Shown here: positions 10,797 through 18,365 of the stretch, one piece after another
Position numbering within the stretch: position 1 is the first letter of the stretch
Layout of the letters: each line of letters starts with the position of its first letter
NCBI GenBank assembly: GCA_937129385.1
Contig: CAKZNC010000100.1
Coordinates: forward strand, 12,349-76,348
Length of the DNA: 64,000 nt
Reading direction: 5' to 3'
Source: an uncultured Bacteroidota bacterium
Lineage (GTDB): Bacteria > Bacteroidota > Bacteroidia > Bacteroidales > GCA-2748055
Translations under genes and position numbers: made by a program
The notes under the pieces: generated by a model
What the model was told of the DNA's origin: nothing
Databases searched by the model: none
The model's input: only the letters and a program-made list of their open reading frames with translations

Positions 10797-10943
10797 TTTC
10801 ACAGACTAATCATCCCCAAAAAACCTATGTTCGCTGAAAATTCATGAAAATGTAGGGTATATTTAGGCAGGACATTTTTTTTTATTTATATTTAATCTTA
10901 CAAATGCAAGTATATTGGAGGAGTTCCGGTTAATCTTACCTGT

Positions 10944-10973
10944 TTTGTGCTGCAAGATTTTTTTTTATATTTG
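10944..10973 (+). promoter_or_regulatory. Candidate Bacteroidota sigma-A promoter (-33 TTTG / -7 TATATTTG)
   Basis: TTTG at 10944..10947 and TATATTTG at 10966..10973 are separated by 18 nt. The site is 49 nt upstream of the ATG at 11022. Confidence 0.45.
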
Positions 10974-11021
10974 CTGAGCGAGAAGAATGAATTTCATTAC
11001 CAGTAAACAAAAGAAGCTTCA

Positions 11022-11579
11022 ATGAGCTTTGATGTAAACGAGTACTACTCTAAACTAAACGGTGACGACGTGCTGATTGCCTATAAGGGTAATGTCTCCA
11101 GTGAGTTGATCAGCAACGTCCTTGAAGTTGTTGAAGCTCGTATGGATGATTACAGCGAGGCATCCAAGATCCGTAAGAAAGTCTACAATGTGCTGGTAGA
11201 AAGTCTTCAAAACCTTTACCATCATATCGAAGTGCTTCCACCAGAATTACAGAAGGATTTCGATGAAAAATTCGGGATTCTCGTCGTTTCAAGGGTAGAG
11301 GCACAATACAAGATATCAACCGGCAATTTTATTGAAACAGAAAAGGTGGCACAGTTGAAGGGGAAGATCGATAAGATCAATTCCATGAGTGCGGATGAAC
11401 TGAAAGATATGTACAAATTCATCCTCAACCACCAACGGCTGTCCGAAAAGGGAGGAGGAGGACTTGGTCTTGTTGATATAGCAAGGAAAACAGGGAATAA
11501 ACTGGAATACAAATTTCACCAGTTCAGTGATGAATATGCATTCTTTAACCTGGATGTATTTATTGATTATGAAGATTGA
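11022..11579 (+). CDS. SiaB-like GHKL-type protein (Ser/Thr) kinase
   Basis: 185-aa ORF with an N-box-like VLVESLQNLYHH and the glycine-rich ATP lid EKGGGGLGLVDIARKTG. Paired with a DUF1987 gene 24 nt downstream. Confidence 0.7.
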   Translation: MSFDVNEYYSKLNGDDVLIAYKGNVSSELISNVLEVVEARMDDYSEASKIRKKVYNVLVESLQNLYHHIEVLPPELQKDFDEKFGILVVSRVEAQYKISTGNFIETEKVAQLKGKIDKINSMSADELKDMYKFILNHQRLSEKGGGGLGLVDIARKTGNKLEYKFHQFSDEYAFFNLDVFIDYED

Positions 11580-11603
11580 ATATAACTTTTTAAAATTCAA
11601 AAT

Positions 11604-11984
11604 ATGGAACCATTGTTGATTGAAGGAACTGCAAAAACACCTACTGTTAAATTTGACGCCGGGGATGGTGTTGTTGAGATCAAAGGAAGATCTATTCCAG
11701 AAAATTCGATCGAATTTTATAAACCACTGGTTGAATGGTTGGAGGAATACAGTGCGGCACCTCAGAATCTGACACAGGTGAATGTGCAACTGGAATATTT
11801 CAATACCAGTTCCTCAAAATGTATCCTGGATGTCTTCAAGAAACTGGAAGCCATTCATAAAGGTAAAAATGAGGTGATTATTAACTGGCATTACGAAGAG
11901 GATGATGAAGACATGCTCGAGGCTGGAGAAGATTATGAATCCATCATCAGGGTTCCCTTCAAGATGATCGAGATCGTCGAATAA
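11604..11984 (+). CDS. DUF1987 / SiaC-like regulatory phosphoprotein
   Basis: 126-aa ORF with hallmark DUF1987 features: N-terminus TPTVKFDAGDGVVEIKGRSIPEN, the segment FYKPLVEWLEEY, YFNTSSSK with Thr at residue 68, and an acidic WHYEEDDEDMLE segment. Confidence 0.75.
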   Translation: MEPLLIEGTAKTPTVKFDAGDGVVEIKGRSIPENSIEFYKPLVEWLEEYSAAPQNLTQVNVQLEYFNTSSSKCILDVFKKLEAIHKGKNEVIINWHYEEDDEDMLEAGEDYESIIRVPFKMIEIVE

Positions 11985-12007
11985 CAACCTTTTCATTTAA
12001 AGAAAGT

Positions 12008-12041
12008 TGCCATCACGGGAAGCCGGGGTGGCATTTTTTTT
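12008..12041 (+). terminator. Rho-independent terminator after the SiaB/C-like pair
   Basis: The imperfect hairpin TGCCATCACGGG...CCGGGGTGGCA is followed by T8. Confidence 0.6.
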
Positions 12042-12085
12042 GGCATATGGAAAAAGAGAATGCCGAAAAGTTATACGCAATGGTG

Positions 12086-15000
12086 CTAACCTCTTTTGAA
12101 AAGGTTTTCAAATAAATCTAGCGCTCTTTTCAGTACCCTGTAATAAAGCAGGATGTATAACACAATCGTCATTAGCCAGATCACAATTATATTGACCCAT
12201 ATCGTGGGTATATAGGTTCCGAAAACCATCTTCCTGGGTGCATAGAAGTGTGCTTTAATGAAATTTGACCGGGGATCATTGTAAATAGGGTCAGTTTTCT
12301 GAATCAGCTTTCCTTTGAATTCAACGATCTTTTCAAACTCATTTTTATTGGTAACAAATTCTTCCAGGCTGCTATTGTGGTGATTTCGCTTGAGCGCCTG
12401 GAGCTTCTCAAGTTCAAAGCCCTGCTTGATCTCATTGCTCTCACGGAATGCCTTGCGATATGCCTCTGTATAAGCCTCTGAAAGTGCGCGGATGTATGCA
12501 GCTGTGTAATCAAGGATCTCATCGTTGATACGATCTGGATACAGGGAATCGATATATTTCATCTTCCCTATCTTGATGCCTTCACTGTATTCATTGAATA
12601 CCTGCCTGTCCTCATACTCCTTCTTCAGTTCATTCCTGATCAGATCAAGGTGGTTGGCAACCAGTTCGGTTTTTTCAGGATCCCGGTAACTTTCCCTGAC
12701 CACATTGAGCTTGTTCTCAATATTTTTCAACAGGTAATTGGAAGCAAACCCGGTCACGCTTTTTTTCTTTTCGGCCAGGTAAAAGTGCTTCTGGTAATCA
12801 TTCTCCTTGAACTGGTAGGTGGCAAGTGCCTCGTATGCCCAACGTGCGGTAATGATCTCACCATAGAACGGGATCCTGTCCGGTTCAGAAATCTTGGGAT
12901 TCAGGTTTTCAAATTTAACAATGATCCCGCTTAAAATAATTTGTGGGATCACCAGAAAGGGGATGAGAATATAAATGGCTACGACGGTCTTAAAACTATC
13001 GGATATAAGCAGCCCCATCACATTGGCTGATGCCCAGGCAGAGAACAGTACCAGCCAGTATTCGAAATACATGCCCCTGATCTCCATGATGCTGTTTCCG
13101 ATCAGTACAAATGTCGCTGCCTGTACAGCCGACAGGATAAGCTGAACGGCGACTTTGGAGAGTAAGTATCCCGACCAGCTGAGGTTCAGGAATGCTTCTC
13201 TTTTCAATATTTTCCGGTCCTTGATGATCTCCTCTGCACTCACTGAAAGCCCCATAAAAATCGCAACGATCACAGACATAAAAATGTATACAGGGAGATT
13301 GCTGTTTTCCGCAAGCGTATAATCAAATTTGTTGGTAACAGAGACACTGTAATATTTGACGATAAAGGCAAGCAGAAATGCAAGCAGGGGCGCCTCGAGG
13401 AAATTGATGATCATGTACTGTGTATCACTGATCTTTTTCAGTATGTCCCTTTTCAGGAATACCAGGAATTGCCTGAAGCGCGAAGGAGTTTTGAATGAGA
13501 TCTCGGGGAGGTCCTCCCTGGTGGCAGTTGGCTGCATCGCCTCCTGGTAGTCTTCCTTGAAATGGTAGCTCCACTGCTGTGGAGAGATCTTTCTTGTGTG
13601 GGTAACCTTCCCATATTCATCCAGAACACTTGTTTCCACGATATTAAAAACCTGTTCCGGGTTTACATTCCCGCATTCGTGGCACTCACTCTCATTCCAG
13701 TCGGCATGCTGCACTTTCGTTTTGAAATACTGGATGGAATCAATGGGATTCCCATTGTAAATGAGGTACCCCCCGGTATCCAGGATCAGAAGCCTGTCAA
13801 ACATCTTGAAAATATCGGAAGAGGGTTGGTGAATGACAACAAATACCAGCTTCCCTTTCAGCGACAATTCCTTCAGAAGATCCAGGATATTCTCGCTGTC
13901 CCTGCTGGAAAGACCTGAAGTGGGCTCATCCAGGAAAAGCACCGCGGGTTCACGGATCAGCTCCAGGGCGATATTCAGCCGCTTTCTTTGTCCGCCGCTG
14001 ATCTTCTTGTTCAGGGGAGACCCGACCTGGATCTCACGAATTTCATACAGTCCGAGGTTTTTTAAAACATTGTTTACAGCGGCCTCCAGCTGCTCATCAC
14101 TGTAATTGTCAAAACAAAGCTTCGCATTGTAATACAGGTTCTGGTAGACCGTCAACTCTTCGATCAGGAGGTCGTCCTGGGATACGAAACCAATGATACC
14201 GTTCACTGCAGGATCGTCACTGTGGATATCGATGCCATTTATAAGGACCGATCCTTCCGTTGGGGTATTGCTTCCGTTCAGCACATTAAGAAGCGTTGAT
14301 TTGCCTGCACCGCTTGCCCCCATGATTCCAACCAGTCGGCCCGAAGTCTCTGTAAAGCTGATGTCATGCAGACCAATGGCTCCGTTTGGAAATTTGTAAA
14401 CGATTTGATTGGCCTGGAAAACGATCCTGGACTTCACCCGGTCTTCCACGAATGAACTTACAATGTCGCTGTAATAGATGGGAATGATCTGCTGGTTCCT
14501 GATAGAGGCGCCGGTATTCAGCGGGTAGGTTTTGTATTGTTCAAGCAGCTGACCGTTAATGTAGATTTCAGCCTGTCCGATGTATTTGACAAAATAGAGG
14601 TTGGTGGATAGAATATGCAACACCCGCATCTGTCCCGAGAGGTTTTTGCGCTGGATATGTTTAGCCCCGCCCGGCAGATTCCGCCCTTTCTCCGTATCAT
14701 CCACAAAAAGGAAATGTGAAGAGGAGGCAAGCTTTTTGTCGTTGAGAACGAATTCCCTTATCGAATTGTATTCCTCGATGTTGATATTGAATGTGTCAGA
14801 TACCGTCGACACAAACTCCATCTCCTGGTCTGTCACCACATCGGCATCGGATTTGATGAACTCAAGCAGCTGTATCAGGAATACCACCTTCTGCTGCTGG
14901 GTAAGCTCTTCGTTGATGTTGGTACATATCTTGAGAACCCTTACCGATCTGCGCGCAAGGATACGGCCTGCATTCTGTGATTTTTTCTCGTCCTCTTCGG

Positions 15001-15172
15001 CGAACTTGCTGACAAACTCATCATAAATATTCAGGAATTCTTCTGCGAGTTCCCTGTTAAGCTGCTTGATCAAAAATGATTCTACTACTGCACGGCGGTC
15101 ATCAACTGAGCTTTCAGGTCTGGCAATGATGGCAAACAGCTGCATCAGCGCCTTGAGAATCTTTTCACTCAT
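12086..15172 (-). CDS. ABC-G-type transporter (NBD-TMD fusion) with N-terminal regulatory modules and C-terminal extension
   Basis: 1028-aa ORF with Walker A GASGAGKST, signature ISGGQRKR and Walker B VLFLDEPTSGLS, followed by an ABC-2-type multi-TM region. About 250 aa precede the NBD and about 230 aa follow the TMD, ending in one more TM helix. Confidence 0.85.
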   Translation of the reverse strand: MSEKILKALMQLFAIIARPESSVDDRRAVVESFLIKQLNRELAEEFLNIYDEFVSKFAEEDEKKSQNAGRILARRSVRVLKICTNINEELTQQQKVVFLIQLLEFIKSDADVVTDQEMEFVSTVSDTFNINIEEYNSIREFVLNDKKLASSSHFLFVDDTEKGRNLPGGAKHIQRKNLSGQMRVLHILSTNLYFVKYIGQAEIYINGQLLEQYKTYPLNTGASIRNQQIIPIYYSDIVSSFVEDRVKSRIVFQANQIVYKFPNGAIGLHDISFTETSGRLVGIMGASGAGKSTLLNVLNGSNTPTEGSVLINGIDIHSDDPAVNGIIGFVSQDDLLIEELTVYQNLYYNAKLCFDNYSDEQLEAAVNNVLKNLGLYEIREIQVGSPLNKKISGGQRKRLNIALELIREPAVLFLDEPTSGLSSRDSENILDLLKELSLKGKLVFVVIHQPSSDIFKMFDRLLILDTGGYLIYNGNPIDSIQYFKTKVQHADWNESECHECGNVNPEQVFNIVETSVLDEYGKVTHTRKISPQQWSYHFKEDYQEAMQPTATREDLPEISFKTPSRFRQFLVFLKRDILKKISDTQYMIINFLEAPLLAFLLAFIVKYYSVSVTNKFDYTLAENSNLPVYIFMSVIVAIFMGLSVSAEEIIKDRKILKREAFLNLSWSGYLLSKVAVQLILSAVQAATFVLIGNSIMEIRGMYFEYWLVLFSAWASANVMGLLISDSFKTVVAIYILIPFLVIPQIILSGIIVKFENLNPKISEPDRIPFYGEIITARWAYEALATYQFKENDYQKHFYLAEKKKSVTGFASNYLLKNIENKLNVVRESYRDPEKTELVANHLDLIRNELKKEYEDRQVFNEYSEGIKIGKMKYIDSLYPDRINDEILDYTAAYIRALSEAYTEAYRKAFRESNEIKQGFELEKLQALKRNHHNSSLEEFVTNKNEFEKIVEFKGKLIQKTDPIYNDPRSNFIKAHFYAPRKMVFGTYIPTIWVNIIVIWLMTIVLYILLYYRVLKRALDLFENLFKRG

Positions 15173-15289
15173 GGGTTGTCACTTTTGGTACGAATAAAGA
15201 AAAGTTGCCTGACTTTCCGAAGATAATAAATTTATGGGAAACCTGGAATGCTCCAGGGACTTATAAGCTATGCTGAATGGGACGTCTCT

Positions 15290-15856
15290 CTACGTCCAGA
15301 GATACAGCAGCAGAAAGACCAATGGAATGATGATCCCCACACCAAAAAGGATGCCACCCTGGCCCCTGATTCCCTTTTTACCACGGGCCATGAACAGTCC
15401 GGATACAGCCAGGACGATCAGCGAAAATGCAAACAGATCGGCAAAATAGGTCCAGAGCTGCTTCGGCTTGTTGTAATGCAGGAAATTCATCTCCCTGAAG
15501 ACTCTCCTGTTCCTGATCTTAATCACAGTGGCTTCCCCGGTCTCCAGGTTAACGTTGATGTGCCCTTTATCAAGATATATCAGTAATGAACCCTGGCCCG
15601 GGAAATAGTATTGTTTGTAGTTGTCCTTCTCTCCTGCTTTCTCAAGGATCTCCTGAATGTATTCCTTACCTACAGATTCCCGGTCCATGGGCCGGACTCC
15701 CTGGATGCTTTCAGACCTTTCCACAAGTGATGGATTCCAGTGACGTGCGATATGATGATTCAGTGCAATACCGGAAACACCATAGACAATTGCCATTCCA
15801 AAAAACAAATAGCCGAGTTTCCGGTGCAACCACCGGTTCCATTTTCGCCAGTTCAT
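15290..15856 (-). CDS. PepSY-associated TM-helix protein
   Basis: The N-terminus MNWRKWNRWLHRKLGYLFFGMAIVYGVSGIALNHH is typical of the PepSY_TM family, and there is a second TM pair at the C-terminus. I chose the ATG at 15856 rather than 15886 to avoid overlapping the upstream gene. Confidence 0.7.
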   Translation of the reverse strand: MNWRKWNRWLHRKLGYLFFGMAIVYGVSGIALNHHIARHWNPSLVERSESIQGVRPMDRESVGKEYIQEILEKAGEKDNYKQYYFPGQGSLLIYLDKGHINVNLETGEATVIKIRNRRVFREMNFLHYNKPKQLWTYFADLFAFSLIVLAVSGLFMARGKKGIRGQGGILFGVGIIIPLVFLLLYLWT

Positions 15857-15872
15857 GAAATAATACTTAAAA

Positions 15873-16373
15873 CTACCTGGATGCAAGCTCCTTGAATGAG
15901 GTAGCTTCTACATGGTAAGTAACATTCGTTTTGCATTCATCACCCTCTGCACCTGCTTTCATTGCCTCCTCAGTTGGGCAATTTGCGGGTTCTCCTTCAG
16001 CTTTGTTCGCTTCCTGCATCTCTCCTTCAGAATGATCAGACTCCATCTCATTGACCATAGTAGCGATCAGTTTCCCGGTAACCTCAACATTGCTCCCCTC
16101 AAGTGCAATATCAAATTCAGGGATGGATTTTGAAACACGTACCAGCAGGTTTACATCCTGGGATGAATTGGTAAGGAACATTTTCTGTCCACCGTGTTTA
16201 CAGACGTGGGAAACCATCCCGGTCACCCGAACCACATGGTCGGTCAGTTCACCGCCTTTAACGTCTATATTTTCCAGTGCAACGTCCTCTGCAGATTGAG
16301 TGTTATCATTTTTATTAGTTGAATTGCAGGAGATAAGCAGAGCTGCGACCAATATGGCAAGTACTTTTTTCAT
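15873..16373 (-). CDS. Lipoprotein of unknown function (OB-fold-like core, acidic Cys-containing tail)
   Basis: The start at 16373 gives MKKVLAILVAALLISC, a lipobox signal. The central pattern VRVTGMVSHVCKHGG...VEVTGKLIA suggests a small beta-barrel. I recognise no family. Confidence 0.6.
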   Translation of the reverse strand: MKKVLAILVAALLISCNSTNKNDNTQSAEDVALENIDVKGGELTDHVVRVTGMVSHVCKHGGQKMFLTNSSQDVNLLVRVSKSIPEFDIALEGSNVEVTGKLIATMVNEMESDHSEGEMQEANKAEGEPANCPTEEAMKAGAEGDECKTNVTYHVEATSFKELASR

Positions 16374-16439
16374 GTGCTGATTTTTTTCAATTATAATTTG
16401 ATGCAAAAATAAGAACATTTCACGATTATTCGCACTTGC

Positions 16440-16778
16440 TCACTGAAAACTGTCCAGGCAATCTTTGCAGTGATCATAGATCTCAAAAACATTGTGTAGT
16501 TGCAACACCTTGAAAAGCTCCTTAACCTCCGGATTGACATTGCAGATTTTTAGCTCACCATAGTTGTTATTGGCCGCCTTCATCAATGAAAGAAATACAC
16601 TGAAACCAGAGCTGTCAATAAATTTAATCCCGGCAAGATCGATGACCAACCGGGTATTTGGCTTGCTGTAATAGGCGAGCAGTTTTTCTTTTACCGGTTC
16701 GGTGATCAATCCGTTAAACCTGTCTTCCCCGGTGAAACTGGCTACCAGGATGCCCTGCTTTTCATTAACTTCGATCAT
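16440..16778 (-). CDS. STAS-domain protein (anti-sigma-factor antagonist family)
   Basis: 112-aa ORF with IDLAGIKFIDSSGFSVFL, which carries the conserved DSSG phospho-Ser motif. Lies 3 nt downstream of the Hpt gene. Confidence 0.85.
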   Translation of the reverse strand: MIEVNEKQGILVASFTGEDRFNGLITEPVKEKLLAYYSKPNTRLVIDLAGIKFIDSSGFSVFLSLMKAANNNYGELKICNVNPEVKELFKVLQLHNVFEIYDHCKDCLDSFQ

Positions 16779-16781
16779 GTT

Positions 16782-17123
16782 TTAGCTCTTTGAGAGATAT
16801 TGCTCCAATTCAATGAGTGCGTAACCTGAATTTTCTATAAAAGTATCGATAAGCTCTTTATAGGATTCCGGCTCAAGCCCTTCCTTGGATTTGAACTCCA
16901 GCTCTTTTAGCCGGTCCGCCTCGGATTGCATTCCCATGACTGCAACAGATGATTTGGCTTTATGTGCGACACGTGATAGATTCTCGTAATCAGATGCTTG
17001 CAGCAGCCTGGGCATCTCAATACTGTATTCTTCAATCTGTTCACGGAATATGTCGACCATTTCCCTGATGAATTTGTGGTCGTTTCCCGACATCGATTCC
17101 AGGTATGAAAGGTCTGTGATCAT
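16782..17123 (-). CDS. Hpt (histidine phosphotransfer) domain protein
   Basis: 113-aa helical protein with the Hpt signature LSRVAHKAKSSVAVMG (HxxKxS). Confidence 0.8.
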   Translation of the reverse strand: MITDLSYLESMSGNDHKFIREMVDIFREQIEEYSIEMPRLLQASDYENLSRVAHKAKSSVAVMGMQSEADRLKELEFKSKEGLEPESYKELIDTFIENSGYALIELEQYLSKS

Positions 17124-17329
17124 ATGCTTTAATTTCTCCCTGCTGTTTACCGTTGATAAATAACTATGAATCTCTAAAATTATTTTTTTATTTTTAGAAA
17201 TGAAACCCTTTTGAAGATATTTTAGTCATACCACATGGGATGTGACCCTTAATTCTGCCTTTAAAACAAATGAATGGATTCAAAGGTATGTTATTAAACC
17301 GATCAATATTAATTTGAAAACAGGTCCGA

Positions 17330-18364
17330 ATGAAACACGCAATCAGTACACTTATCCTGATCTCTGTTTTTTCTACACTTCTGAACGGACAATTGTCTGT
17401 CAGGGAGAAGAGAGATATGGATAGATTTTATAATGCAGGAGTGGAACAGCTCCGGGAAAATGATTATATCGAAGCGATCACTTCGTTTGATGAGTGTCTT
17501 GGTATTGATTCGACACATGCGAAGGCCTACATGAACAGGGGACGAGTGAAAGCCGCCCTGGGGGATCATGAAGGTGCGATCAATGACCTGGGCCAGGCTA
17601 TAAGATTTGACCAGGACCTGGGGGAGGCATTTTTTTATAAAGGATATTTCCTCTATGGGAAAGATACCACCTCCTTGCCGGTTGAATTGCTCAAAGCATC
17701 AATTTCCAAAGGATTTGAAATGCCGCAGGCACATTACCTGATCGGACTTGAATACCTGGAATCAGGAGAGGACGACAAAGCACTGATCAGTTTCAATAAG
17801 GCCATCCGACAAAAGGATGATTTTGCACTTGCATACCATGAGCGTGCCGGTATCAAGCGTAAGATGGGCGACTTTAACGGTGCGTTGTACGATTACAAAT
17901 CTGCAGTAAATTACCGTGAAGACTTCCCCGTGGCTTTTAACAATATGGGTTCAGTAAAAATCGTTCTTGGAGATTTTGAAGGCGCAATACAAGACTTTTC
18001 CACAGCCATTGAACAGTCATCAGATCTCCACCTGGCATATAACAACAGGGGGTATGCAAACTACCAGTTGGGCAATCTTGATACAGCACTGGAAGATTTC
18101 AGGAAAGCGATCACCCTTCAGCCAGCATTTATGGAGGCCAAACTGAATACCGCAAGTGTGCTGACAAAACTGGATCAGCTGGATGAATCGCTGGCAATGC
18201 TCGATCAGGTTATACAGGAAAATCCTGAGGAGGGTGAATTGTACCTGAATCGCGGTTTGGTGAAGGAGATGAAGGGTGAGGTTATTGAAGCGTGCAATGA
18301 CTGGAACAAGGCACTGGAACTTGGAGAAGTGCAGGCCTCGGAATATTTAAAAGAATGCAAATAA
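17330..18364 (+). CDS. Tetratricopeptide-repeat protein, secreted
   Basis: 344-aa ORF with a signal peptide and repeated TPR consensus (A..Y.NRG.....G....A..D...AI..). Confidence 0.85.
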   Translation: MKHAISTLILISVFSTLLNGQLSVREKRDMDRFYNAGVEQLRENDYIEAITSFDECLGIDSTHAKAYMNRGRVKAALGDHEGAINDLGQAIRFDQDLGEAFFYKGYFLYGKDTTSLPVELLKASISKGFEMPQAHYLIGLEYLESGEDDKALISFNKAIRQKDDFALAYHERAGIKRKMGDFNGALYDYKSAVNYREDFPVAFNNMGSVKIVLGDFEGAIQDFSTAIEQSSDLHLAYNNRGYANYQLGNLDTALEDFRKAITLQPAFMEAKLNTASVLTKLDQLDESLAMLDQVIQENPEEGELYLNRGLVKEMKGEVIEACNDWNKALELGEVQASEYLKECK

Positions 18365-18365
18365 A

